DNA of 64,000 nucleotides from a virus (lineage: Duplodnaviria > Caudoviricetes), in IMG/VR virus record IMGVR_UViG_3300037515_000879, positions 1-64,000 of that record, one strand, 5' to 3'. The position numbers and the translations under genes are program-made. The notes under the pieces were generated by a model, which was not told the origin of the DNA, did no database searches, and saw nothing but the letters and a program-made list of their open reading frames with translations. This document shows, in pieces, positions 45,707 through 55,146 of the stretch (positions are counted from its first letter, which is position 1; each line of letters starts with the position of its first letter).

Positions 45707-47117
45707 TAAAAAGCCATTGATTCCACCAGTACCAAGAAGTCCTGTTCCAGGGCCACCCGAAACAACGGTGTTTAAAAGTTCTATTGTTAGTTTTGGCCCT
45801 GATAAGGCTGTGCCTCAAGCAACAGAACTGGAACAAGTAATTCTTGGTGCGCTGATGATTGATAGAAAAGCCATCGATGAAGTTGTCAACCTTTTAAAAC
45901 CCGAATATTTTTATTTGGATATTCATAAAACAATATTCGAAGCAATCCATTTGGTTTTTAATGACAATATAGGTGTTGATTTGTTGACCGTTTCTGAACG
46001 TCTGAAACGTATGAACAAATTGGCAACAATAGGTGGTGATTATTATCTTATATCATTGACGCAAAGAGTGTCCTCTTCGGCCCATATAGAATTTCATTCA
46101 AGGATTGTAATCCAAAAATATGTATTGAGGTTCTTAATCAAAATGTCTTATGATGTTGTTGATAAATCATATCATCATGATCCGGACATATTTGATTTAA
46201 TAGATGGTATTGAGAATGATTTGGCCAATCTTCAAAGCAATGTGATTCGTTCCGGTGGTTCTTCTTATAGTGATGCCAAAACAGAACTATATGAAAAAAC
46301 AAAAGCCGTGGAAGCTGGAGAGCCTCCGGGCATATTTACGGGATTGTGGGAATTTGATGATTGGTGTGGTGGTTTCCAAAAACGGGAACTTATTACTATT
46401 GCAGCAAGACCTGGAATGGGTAAAACTACAGCTATATTGTCAATATGCGCAAAGGCTTCTTTTGATAAAAATATCCCTGTTGCATTTTTCAGTCTTGAAA
46501 TGGCTGAAGCAGATTTAAAGGCTAGACTGGCCGCTCGCGGATTGCAAATAGACTATGAAAAAATAAGACAGGGAAAATTGGAAGCTTCAGATCTTCATAA
46601 AGTCATAGCTTATTATGATTTCATAGATAAAAGCAAGTTGACAATTGTTGATAGAATCAATAGACATCAGATTATTATCAAGAAAATACGTGATTTGGTA
46701 CAAAGGAACGGTGTCAAAATGGTTGTTATTGACTACGTTCAATTAATCAAATTGTCCGAGGTTGGTTCAGGTGATAGAACTGGTGAATTGAATGTGATTA
46801 CGAGAGATTTGAAGGCATTGGCAAACGAGCTTAACATTCCTATTATAATTGTGGCTCAATTAAGTAGGGGTGTTGATAACAGAAGTAGCAAAAGACCAAT
46901 ATTGTCAGATTTGAAACAATCAGGTTCAATTGAAGAGGATTCTGATACTGTAATCTTTTTGTTGAGAATGGCTTATTATGAACAAGAGTTGGGAAAATTG
47001 TTGCCGCCACATATTATTGGCAAAACAGAGTTTATAGTTGCAAAAGGCCGGCATATAGGTGTTAGAAATTTTTGGACATATTTAGACTTTAATAATTATG
47101 ATTTTCGAAGTGAATAA
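45699..47117 (+). CDS. dnaB: Replicative helicase DnaB
   Basis: EQVILGALM, AARPGMGKT, FSLEM, VIDYVQL, QLSR, DLKQSGSIEEDSD, AKGR. Confidence 0.97.
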   Translation: MDDKKPLIPPVPRSPVPGPPETTVFKSSIVSFGPDKAVPQATELEQVILGALMIDRKAIDEVVNLLKPEYFYLDIHKTIFEAIHLVFNDNIGVDLLTVSERLKRMNKLATIGGDYYLISLTQRVSSSAHIEFHSRIVIQKYVLRFLIKMSYDVVDKSYHHDPDIFDLIDGIENDLANLQSNVIRSGGSSYSDAKTELYEKTKAVEAGEPPGIFTGLWEFDDWCGGFQKRELITIAARPGMGKTTAILSICAKASFDKNIPVAFFSLEMAEADLKARLAARGLQIDYEKIRQGKLEASDLHKVIAYYDFIDKSKLTIVDRINRHQIIIKKIRDLVQRNGVKMVVIDYVQLIKLSEVGSGDRTGELNVITRDLKALANELNIPIIIVAQLSRGVDNRSSKRPILSDLKQSGSIEEDSDTVIFLLRMAYYEQELGKLLPPHIIGKTEFIVAKGRHIGVRNFWTYLDFNNYDFRSE

Positions 47118-47149
47118 TATATATTTGTTATATATATATAACATTTAAT

Positions 47150-47437
47150 ATGAACAAACAAGATTTAATTAAAAAAGTCTCCACGCTAACAGGTTATAGC
47201 GAGGAAATCGTTAAAAACATTATTAACGAAACTATTGATTCCATTAAGGATAACCTTTATTTTGGAATAGATGTTCACATTATGGGTTTCTTAAGCCTTG
47301 TTCTTGTAAAGAAAAAAGCTTCTATACTTAGAAATCCAAAAACGGGAGAAAAGGTCATGAAACCAAAACGATATGACGTTAAAATAACACTTTCCCGTAT
47401 TTTCAGAAAAAAAATTGAAAGCAAAACCGTTTATTGA
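47150..47437 (+). CDS. HU/IHF-family DNA-binding protein
   Basis: MNKQDLIKKVS...GFLSL...RNPKTGE; TATATTTG box at 47120-47127. Confidence 0.9.
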   Translation: MNKQDLIKKVSTLTGYSEEIVKNIINETIDSIKDNLYFGIDVHIMGFLSLVLVKKKASILRNPKTGEKVMKPKRYDVKITLSRIFRKKIESKTVY

Positions 47438-47724
47438 TGTTTAATCCCAGAAGTAATTTTAAACCGGTTCCAAAATATTACATAAAAAATATATTGGATG
47501 ATGAAATCTTTAATAGCGATGCTTTCAACAAACACGTAAAACAAGTTTCACTTAATATAAATATGGATGAAAAAACAGTAAAAAAAGTATTAGTAAGTTA
47601 TTTTATGAACATAGCGTTCGTACTTAACACCGTTAGAAAAATTAAAACAAAGATTAACGTACTTGGTTTCTTTTCCCTGATTGTTAGGGATGGATATCTT
47701 TACAAAAAAAAAATTAAATCATGA
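47434..47724 (+). CDS. Divergent HU/IHF-like protein
   Basis: VKQVSLNINMDEKTVKKVLVSYF...KINVLGFFSL. Confidence 0.55.
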   Translation: MMFNPRSNFKPVPKYYIKNILDDEIFNSDAFNKHVKQVSLNINMDEKTVKKVLVSYFMNIAFVLNTVRKIKTKINVLGFFSLIVRDGYLYKKKIKS

Positions 47725-48671
47725 GTAAGTTTACAGCCCCTGTGGGCGATTCAAAGAAAATTGAAAATGTGGAATTGATACCTAGGGGTTTTCAATTATG
47801 TACATTTTATGCACTTGTTGATATTGGAACTCAAAAGACAAATTTTGGTGATAAACACCAAGTTAAATTGTCATTTGAATTTCCACAACATTATCGTAAG
47901 TTTTACGAAGATAGGGATCCGCAACCAGCATCAATATTTTGTACGGAAACATTGAGCATGAACAAGGAAAGCAATTTGCGAAAGAAATATGTTCAGCCAA
48001 TGGCCGGAAAGGTGATGACAGATGAAGAAGCTGAAAATTTTGATATTTCCATATTGCTTGGAAAAAGCTATGTTGCCACGGTTTCACATTCTCCCGATGG
48101 TAAATGGGCAAACATAGATTCCATTGTTCCATTGGATTCAAATAACTGTAAAATGTTTGGTGTAAGTCCTCAAGGTGTACAATCAATAAATAGCATTGAA
48201 TTTTTTCATCTTTCTGAAGGATTTGATTCCATGGCGTTTGGACATTTAAACAATTATTTCAGAGATCTTGTCATTGGTTCAGAAGAAGGAAGAAAATATG
48301 CTGCTTCTGGTGGAAAATTCCATGATAAGATAGATTCTAGTGGACAGCAATCACAAACTTCTGTTGCTGGACCACCGAGTTCTTTAAAGGTTCAAATGAA
48401 TCCAGGATCAGCTCCTTATGAAGCAATGATTGCTGCTGGATGGATAGATAAACTTTTAGTGGAACATGGACACGCAAAATGGATTGAGGCTGTTGCGCCT
48501 CCAGTTGTTTCTCCGCCACCTTCAGTTCCATCAACTCCGACGGCTACTCCGCCACCTGTTGTTAAGAAACTTGTTTTTAAAGATCCAGGCGCCGCTCCTT
48601 TAGAGGATTGGATTAAAAATGGTTGGACTGAAGAAAAAATAGTTTCTGAAGGATATGCGACTTTTCAATAG
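47721..48671 (+). CDS. Phage SSB-like replication protein (resembles the NGO0469-type family)
   Basis: PRG...C..YALVDIGTQ...KVKLSFEF-type N-terminus, TLSMNKESNLRK, FDISILLGK; duplicated C-terminal ...AAGW/KNGW...HG/EG units. Confidence 0.65.
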   Translation: MSKFTAPVGDSKKIENVELIPRGFQLCTFYALVDIGTQKTNFGDKHQVKLSFEFPQHYRKFYEDRDPQPASIFCTETLSMNKESNLRKKYVQPMAGKVMTDEEAENFDISILLGKSYVATVSHSPDGKWANIDSIVPLDSNNCKMFGVSPQGVQSINSIEFFHLSEGFDSMAFGHLNNYFRDLVIGSEEGRKYAASGGKFHDKIDSSGQQSQTSVAGPPSSLKVQMNPGSAPYEAMIAAGWIDKLLVEHGHAKWIEAVAPPVVSPPPSVPSTPTATPPPVVKKLVFKDPGAAPLEDWIKNGWTEEKIVSEGYATFQ

Positions 48672-48802
48672 GAACCATTGTTGAGCAACGCAATGTGGTT
48701 CCAATTGTTCTCAAAATTCCTGTAAAGGAGAAAGAGGAAGAAGTTGTAACTATCTTTGATGGTGGTCCACATCTTGGTGATGAAGATGACTTGCCTTTTT
48801 AA
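48662..48802 (+). CDS. -1-frame extension of the SSB-like gene ending in DEDDLPF
   Basis: Open -1 frame without an ATG; T_TTT at 48662-48665 followed by a hairpin. Confidence 0.55.
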   Translation, partial: FSIGTIVEQRNVVPIVLKIPVKEKEEEVVTIFDGGPHLGDEDDLPF

Positions 48803-49182
48803 TGCATCAGTTTATTTGTATTGTTCAAGAGGGAAAAATAGTACCTCTTGAACATTCCAAAAAAAAGTTTTTCAATAAGCTTATCAATAGTTATTCAGAC
48901 TTAAATAAAAAGTTTAAGGTAACTATTGAAAATATTGAAAAAAATATTAATGAAAGTCAAATTTCTTTATACAGGGCTTTTATAATCAAATCATCGGAAC
49001 ATTTTGGGGTTTCATATAATGAAATGCAAAAAATGTTGATGGTTTATTGGCCTTTGGATTTGAGTTCGTCTGTTTTAGAGGTTAAATATAAAGATGTTGA
49101 TAAGTGGAGCAATGAGGATCTTGATTTATTTATAACAAAAGCCTCTTCGCATTTAGGCGAATATGGCTTTAAATTCGAATGA
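48802..49182 (+). CDS. NinB/Orf-like recombination mediator
   Basis: NESQISLYRAFI...HFG....MQKML...WSNEDLDLFITKA...G. Confidence 0.5.
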   Translation: MHQFICIVQEGKIVPLEHSKKKFFNKLINSYSDLNKKFKVTIENIEKNINESQISLYRAFIIKSSEHFGVSYNEMQKMLMVYWPLDLSSSVLEVKYKDVDKWSNEDLDLFITKASSHLGEYGFKFE

Positions 49183-49328
49183 TATGCTATACATAATAGT
49201 GGCACAAGCCGCGAGAATGGCCGTAATATGGACGGTGAACGCAACGACCAGAAAGGTCTTGAAAACAATAGCCATAGGGTCAATTACATTTTATCTTGTA
49301 AAAAGGTATAAATTTTTAAAACAGCGAG

Positions 49329-50696
49329 ATGAAAGAAGAAACCTTCACACTAACAAGTAGTCAAGAAGTTTTACGTGAAAAACTTAAAGCATTTTTAGAT
49401 AGTACTGAACGTATGTTTCTTTTGATTGGAAAGCCAGGTGTCGGAAAAACCACAATGACAAAAATTGTTCTTGAAAAACTTATAACACTTGATCGTGAAA
49501 ATAAGTTGACAGGAGTAAATGCGAATGTAGTTGGAATTGCTTTGGCACATCAGGCAAAAAATGTGCTTGGTGAACATATTCCCAATGTATATACTTTTGC
49601 AAGTGCTTATGGCATGAAAGAGACATTTCTGGAAAACGGTGCAAGAGTGTTTGAATATAATAAATATCAAAAGGATATTCCTATTGGAGAATGTTGTATT
49701 CCGGTATTTGTACATGATGAAGTTTCTCAATATACAGAAGAAATGTTGAAAATTGTCCTTGAAAAAACACCCATATTCAGTAAAATAATATTGATGGGCG
49801 ACAAAGGGCAGTTGCCACCAATAGATTTTCGAAATGAAAGAAATGACAATGATAGTCCTGTCTTTGATTTAGATCTTCCTGAAGAGTGTAAACATGAGCT
49901 AACAGAACGCGTCAGACAAAGTGAAGGAAATCCAATATTGGATCTTTCTGATATGATACGTGAAGAAATATTTGGAAATCAAAATATAAATAAGGTATTA
50001 AAAACAATATCAAGTCCAAGTCTAAATAATGGTCATGGGTTTGATTTTATTCCTTATTCCAAATTGAACGAACATATTGAAAAGAAAAATAAGTTGAACA
50101 CTAGGGTCATTGCCTTTAGAAAAAAGACGGTTGAATATTTCAATATTTCAATAAGGAATTTTGTTCTTGACAATCCAAAAGAAATGTTCATAAAAGGTGA
50201 TATTGTTTGTATGCTTGATAATTATTATCATATGGAAGCTGAAAACATAGTTACCTATATTTTGCACAATTCAGATATTTTCAGGCTTACAAAAGTCCAT
50301 AAAAGGTATCAGAAATTCAGCGATAATCACAAAATGCACAAAATAGAAGTTTATATTGGAAATATCGATAGTCAAAAAGACAAACAATTGATTGTTCCAA
50401 CAAAAGAGGGTCAAAAAGAGGTTGACAAAATATTGTTGGAGCTTGCTGCAAAATGTCGTGAGAAAAAAGCAAAATGGGTGGATTTTTGGGACTTTAAAAA
50501 ACACTTTTGTATTTGTACCTATGGATATGCTGTAACGGCCTACAAATCGCAGGGGAGTACTTATGACAGTGTTTATGTAGATATCAATGACATATTATTG
50601 ACATTACCGTTAACACCAAAAAGAAAGCTTCAAACGATTTATACTGCCATTACAAGAGCCAGGGAAAATGTTTATTTTCTAAAATCGAAAATATGA
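49329..50696 (+). CDS. SF1B helicase (Dda/RecD-like)
   Basis: GKPGVGKTT, DEVSQ, GDKGQLPP, LTERVRQ, YAVTAYKSQGSTY, YTAITRA. Confidence 0.92.
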   Translation: MKEETFTLTSSQEVLREKLKAFLDSTERMFLLIGKPGVGKTTMTKIVLEKLITLDRENKLTGVNANVVGIALAHQAKNVLGEHIPNVYTFASAYGMKETFLENGARVFEYNKYQKDIPIGECCIPVFVHDEVSQYTEEMLKIVLEKTPIFSKIILMGDKGQLPPIDFRNERNDNDSPVFDLDLPEECKHELTERVRQSEGNPILDLSDMIREEIFGNQNINKVLKTISSPSLNNGHGFDFIPYSKLNEHIEKKNKLNTRVIAFRKKTVEYFNISIRNFVLDNPKEMFIKGDIVCMLDNYYHMEAENIVTYILHNSDIFRLTKVHKRYQKFSDNHKMHKIEVYIGNIDSQKDKQLIVPTKEGQKEVDKILLELAAKCREKKAKWVDFWDFKKHFCICTYGYAVTAYKSQGSTYDSVYVDINDILLTLPLTPKRKLQTIYTAITRARENVYFLKSKI

Positions 50697-50831
50697 TGGG
50701 AGATTCATATTTGGAAAGCAAGAATAAAAGTATTGATTTTTCAAAAACAATGTACCATTTTACAATTATACTTTACACAAAAAAGTTTTACAGAAATAAA
50801 ATTAAAGAGTTTAAAAATAAATTAGAAAATC

Positions 50832-51725
50832 ATGGAAAGAGCGAAATTTACAGCTCCGGTCAATAATTATGAACAAGTCAATTTTTCCAAAAAGAAAATT
50901 GATAAGGTTGCCTTGATTGATGCCGATAGATATAAGCATCTTGTTACATATCGTATGTGGCAAAAGCTTATGGATGAAGGAGAGCCGCACACGACCTCAA
51001 TGTTAAATGAAATCATTGATAGATATTTATCAAATGACATATTTAGTTTATTTGAAGCTAAAGCCTACATATTTTGTTTTAGCGCACCATCTGGATTGGT
51101 TTTTAGAAATGCCATTGCACAAGCAAAAAAATATAAAGGTGGAAGAGCCAAGGACGATCCTTATTTCTATACCAATAAATATGAAGACATGGCTTATGTC
51201 TATGAGTATATAAATGAGAGATATCATACTTTGTTTTTTGAAGATCTTGAGGCTGATGATATTTTATCGATGCTTCAATGTGAAAATACTTTTATATTCT
51301 CACACGACAAAGACTTAAAACAGGTTCCGGGCTGGCATTGGGATATATTGAAATATGATCTTGTAATCATTTCCGAAGAAGAAGGATTTAAAAATCTTTT
51401 ATATCAGATATTACAGGGCGATAGCACAGATAATATTTCTGGCCTTCAGGGGTTTGGTGAAAAAGCCCTTGAAAAATTTAAGACTGATATAGATGGTCCT
51501 TCAATAAAGGCCGAGCATCTTGTTTACCATATCATGAAGCTTTATACTGATAGATATGGTATATTAAAAGGTTTTGATACATTTGTTGAAATGTGGAGTT
51601 TGGTTTCACTAAGACTTGATCGGGGAGCTTATAACCGGGATAAATATGCGACTGCATTTTATCTGATTGAAAAACTTTGTAAAGATGCAAATAACAGCGG
51701 AGATATCGATAGCACTAATGTTTAG
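50832..51725 (+). CDS. 5'-3' exonuclease/flap endonuclease (T5 D15/T7 gp6-like)
   Basis: ALIDAD, EADD, DKDLKQVPG, GDSTDNISGLQGFGEK. Confidence 0.92.
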   Translation: MERAKFTAPVNNYEQVNFSKKKIDKVALIDADRYKHLVTYRMWQKLMDEGEPHTTSMLNEIIDRYLSNDIFSLFEAKAYIFCFSAPSGLVFRNAIAQAKKYKGGRAKDDPYFYTNKYEDMAYVYEYINERYHTLFFEDLEADDILSMLQCENTFIFSHDKDLKQVPGWHWDILKYDLVIISEEEGFKNLLYQILQGDSTDNISGLQGFGEKALEKFKTDIDGPSIKAEHLVYHIMKLYTDRYGILKGFDTFVEMWSLVSLRLDRGAYNRDKYATAFYLIEKLCKDANNSGDIDSTNV

Positions 51726-51954
51726 GATTGCAGAGCTTTATCCTAAAAACATTATTTATATGCCTATTGAAGATAGACGTGAAAACGGTGATGTTTATTG
51801 GGATTGTGCTATTTGTGAATGGCACAATGATTTTGTTGGAGAAACCGTTTATGCCTTTGAAAAATATCTTCATCCTTCAAGAGAAACGGCTTTAAATGAA
51901 ATGGATGTCTTTGTTAAATATATTGTTGATACAGTAAAAATAATGTCAAATTAA
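51685..51954 (+). CDS. Hypothetical protein
   Basis: Operon fit; start uncertain. Confidence 0.55.
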   Translation: MQITAEISIALMFRIAELYPKNIIYMPIEDRRENGDVYWDCAICEWHNDFVGETVYAFEKYLHPSRETALNEMDVFVKYIVDTVKIMSN

Positions 51955-51958
51955 ATTT

Positions 51959-52111
51959 ATGAAATTAACCAAATATCATAAAGATGTTTTTTTTGCTAAA
52001 ATCTGTCCTTATTGTAAATCCAGTACAATTAATGTTCCTGAAAAATATATTTATGGAAAAACCTATAATAAAAAATTGATTAAATGTCTTATTATTAACT
52101 TTAATATTTAA
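51959..52111 (+). pseudogene. Truncated DUF3268-like zinc-finger gene
   Basis: ICPYCKS...YIYGKTY...IKC, then an abrupt AT-rich tail and stop. Confidence 0.5.
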
Positions 52112-52115
52112 AATC

Positions 52116-53186
52116 ATGAAAACAAAAACAGAAGAAGAAGTTCAAGAGGTTGTAATATTGACCGAAGAACAAATTGAATCGCTTCCAAAAGAAGTAAAGG
52201 AGAATGTTGTGTTTCTTACAGAAAAAGTAAATACTACAGATTTAGCTAAATTAAATCCAGTTGTTACTGAATTGATTGGCATTAGAGAGGATGGTGAAAA
52301 TTTAAAATTTATTCCTGCCGATAAAGATGGAAATTTTGATAAAGACAACATACAGTCTTTTGTTGATGTAAAAAAACGGGTAAGATCATTTAGGGCTCGT
52401 GTTAAAGATGTTGCCAAACAAATGAAGGAAGAACCGGCAAAAATAACCAAGGCTATTATTGCTATTGAAAAAACCTTCATTGACGAAGCTACTGTTGTTT
52501 ATGATAATGCTGAAAAGGAATTTGATGTATATATTAAGGCAGAGGACGAAAAAGCCAAAGCCAAACAGGAAGCTAAAAACAAAGCCTTGTTAGATGCTGT
52601 AGATGAAGCTTCAAAAGCCAAAGAAGAGGCGAATTTAAAACTTAAAGTTTCGGAAATATATAATAAAATCAAATATGATATTATTACAAAATCTATTGTT
52701 GAAAATGTAAGCGAAGCTCTTTTGAATGCCAATGAAGCTCGTTTAAAAGAACTCAATGAAGAAATCAATAAAACTTCTTATTCTTCAATTGTTGAGGATA
52801 TTGATATTTCTATATTGGCACAGGAAGTACGTGTTGAACTTCAGGAATTTTATTTAACAGCTAGAAGTAGGTCAATAAAATTGATAAATGAAAAATTGGC
52901 CGCAATTGCTATTGAAAAAAAGAATGTGCTTTTAGAAAATGAAAACGCTAAATTTGTTTCACATAGCTCGGCTGTTCCAAATTTACCTCCTGTTCAGGAA
53001 AAAGAGCCTTCCATGGTTGATCCATTGAATGATATTGATCAATGGCCCGACAATGTTTTTATTGATTATATTTTTAAAGAGGCAAATAAATTGTTATTTT
53101 TAACGAGTGATAGGATTCAGAAGAAACCTCATTCCAATCCAAAAATCTACGATTTACGAAACCTACTTTATAGATTTAAACAATAA
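52116..53186 (+). CDS. Long coiled-coil protein, DUF1351-like
   Basis: KKRVRSFRARVKDVAKQMKEEPAKITKAIIAIEK and an extended heptad region. Confidence 0.6.
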   Translation: MKTKTEEEVQEVVILTEEQIESLPKEVKENVVFLTEKVNTTDLAKLNPVVTELIGIREDGENLKFIPADKDGNFDKDNIQSFVDVKKRVRSFRARVKDVAKQMKEEPAKITKAIIAIEKTFIDEATVVYDNAEKEFDVYIKAEDEKAKAKQEAKNKALLDAVDEASKAKEEANLKLKVSEIYNKIKYDIITKSIVENVSEALLNANEARLKELNEEINKTSYSSIVEDIDISILAQEVRVELQEFYLTARSRSIKLINEKLAAIAIEKKNVLLENENAKFVSHSSAVPNLPPVQEKEPSMVDPLNDIDQWPDNVFIDYIFKEANKLLFLTSDRIQKKPHSNPKIYDLRNLLYRFKQ

Positions 53187-53189
53187 ACT

Positions 53190-53948
53190 ATGATAGCAAT
53201 TAAATTTCCAGCCTTACATAAGGCTCTTATGAAAAATGTAAAAGATTTGGACGAAGATGATCCTAGAAAAGGGATTATTGTTTTGAACGACAACGCCATT
53301 GTGTTTTCGGATCATTTTTGTCTTGTCTGTAATCTCTTCGATTTTTTTACCATTGAATCAGGAATTGAAGATGATAAAGAAATCGAAGAACTGAAGCGTA
53401 TTTTGTTCTTTATGGATGGCCAGATATTCAGTCAGGAATTTTGGACCGAAATAACTAAGTTTTCACATATGAAAATAGACAAGGGAAGTCTTTATATTGA
53501 AAACCCAAAATATTCAAAAGATTTGCATCAAAAAGAATTGGATGTTAATTTCATTGAACCATTAAGCAAACTAAATAATGTTTCCAATCAAGGGATAAAT
53601 AGTGTTGAGGCCATTGCTTTGCCATTTGGTGCCTTGAAATCCATTTATGATACTTTATCTTCAGAATTTAAAAATGATTTGATAGTTCTTGAATTTACAG
53701 GTCAGGATATGCCAGTAAAATTTACATTCAGAAAACGAAAACATTTTTATGGCTTTATAAGCCCACACTATGATTCTGCACAGGAAGGCTTCAAGTTTGA
53801 ACTGTTGGAAGAGTTGATTGTTTCCACGGAAAAAATGCTCAATGACCTTAAAGAAGAGGAAAAAAATAAAGTTATTCCACCACCTCCAGTTTTTGAAACT
53901 GTTGAAGTTGAAGAGAGCAACACAAATCAATTAAATATAATAGTTTGA
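53190..53948 (+). CDS. Possible sliding-clamp-like (beta-clamp fold) protein
   Basis: LHKA...DDPRKGI...AIVFSDHFCLV...IALPFGALKSI...IVLEFTGQDMPVKF...GFISP; weak. Confidence 0.4.
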   Translation: MIAIKFPALHKALMKNVKDLDEDDPRKGIIVLNDNAIVFSDHFCLVCNLFDFFTIESGIEDDKEIEELKRILFFMDGQIFSQEFWTEITKFSHMKIDKGSLYIENPKYSKDLHQKELDVNFIEPLSKLNNVSNQGINSVEAIALPFGALKSIYDTLSSEFKNDLIVLEFTGQDMPVKFTFRKRKHFYGFISPHYDSAQEGFKFELLEELIVSTEKMLNDLKEEEKNKVIPPPPVFETVEVEESNTNQLNIIV

Positions 53949-54652
53949 TGGCCTTTAAAGCACCTACCAATACCACCGAAAACCCTTATGAAATGTATTT
54001 CCGGTGGTATTGTGATGATTTGATAAAACATGGTTATTTGGAAAGTTTCGAGCGTGAAGCTGAAAAATTTAGAGTATTGCCAAAGGTGGATTATAAAAGG
54101 GAAAAACACCTTAAAACGAAGGAAAATGGTTTTGAAACAATAAGTCTTTTTCCTGAAACGAATTATACCTATGATTTTAGGTTGATATGGTCAGAAAAAG
54201 CTTTGTACATATTTACAGAGCCCATAGAGTTTGATGGTTTTTTTGTTTTTGGACATCCACCGTTTGTTTCCAATTGGATTGAAATCAATGGCGTTGTAAA
54301 AATGGTTTCATACATTGATGTGAAACCACATTATAAAGCCGTTGAGTTTGGTGGTGGAAAAATGAAATCCTATTATACTTTTCCATTTATTCAGAAGTAT
54401 TTATATATGACCAAGGGTCTATATATAAACAAAACAATTCCTATACATACGGGCAAACATGGTATTTCAACGTGTCTTTTTGCCTCAACTTTTACTCCTA
54501 CTAGATATGTATATACTGATAAATCTGGAGAAGAACGAAAAATTCCTTTTAGAAAAAAAGGTATTCTTGCTTATTGTGAGCAGAAATCAAAAATAGTTGA
54601 TGAATTGCTATTTATAAAAAAGAATAAATCAACACAAGTTACATTATTATAA
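53945..54652 (+). CDS. Putative PD-(D/E)xK nuclease
   Basis: YTYDFRLIW...SYIDVKP. Confidence 0.45.
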   Translation: MMAFKAPTNTTENPYEMYFRWYCDDLIKHGYLESFEREAEKFRVLPKVDYKREKHLKTKENGFETISLFPETNYTYDFRLIWSEKALYIFTEPIEFDGFFVFGHPPFVSNWIEINGVVKMVSYIDVKPHYKAVEFGGGKMKSYYTFPFIQKYLYMTKGLYINKTIPIHTGKHGISTCLFASTFTPTRYVYTDKSGEERKIPFRKKGILAYCEQKSKIVDELLFIKKNKSTQVTLL

Positions 54653-54658
54653 ATAATC

Positions 54659-54729
54659 AAAGAGCCAATCGAACGAGTCTAATAAGTTTAAAATTATAAC
54701 ATAAGATCTTATTAGGGTTGGCTCTTTTT
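54659..54729 (+). terminator. Long compound hairpin with T-run
   Basis: AAAGAGCCAATC/GGTTGGCTCTTT outer stem and CTAATAAG/CTTATTAG inner stem. Confidence 0.55.
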
Positions 54730-55047
54730 AATTTTAATGAAATATGGTTAAAATAAAATATTGTTGGACTTGGAGCTTGTCAGAATGTAAAAAACGTAAG
54801 GAAGAATTAAAATCCAAAAAACCTTATATTGGGTTTTGGAGTGATTTATATGATATAGAAGGGAACGAATATTTTTTAAAAAAAATATTCTTAAAACCTT
54901 TATGATATGATTAAAAAATGTAATAAGTGTGGATGTACCGAAAATAATTCGTGCATTCAAAAGGTATGAGTCTTTTCTCCAAGGATGCCCACTATTGGAG
55001 CCTTGTCAAGAATATTGGCTCCCAATTAATAGCAATCCTATTTAACG

Positions 55048-55076
55048 AAAAAGCCACTCTGATAAAAGTGGCTTTT
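55048..55076. terminator. Bidirectional terminator between convergent blocks
   Basis: AAAAGCCACT-CTGATAAA-AGTGGCTTTT. Confidence 0.8.
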
Positions 55077-55146
55077 AATTTAGATATCTTATAAAGCTAT
55101 AGAAAAAGGCTATATACCCGATCAATTCAATGATTGGGTTATGTAA

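Noticed and set aside
21968-47117. Inteins or group I introns in terL, MCP, portal or dnaB
   Set aside because: Lengths are ordinary, motifs are contiguous, and no C...HN-[CST] or homing-endonuclease segments were seen.
47126-47143. Perfect 18-bp palindrome TGTTATATATATATAACA before the HU gene
   Set aside because: It is mostly a (TA)n microsatellite, so symmetry is expected by chance; only the overlapping -7 box is kept.
48669-48725. TAG readthrough as the route to extend the SSB-like protein
   Set aside because: In-frame readthrough gives only EPLLSNAMWFQLFSKFL then TAA; the acidic DDLPF tail is in the -1 frame.
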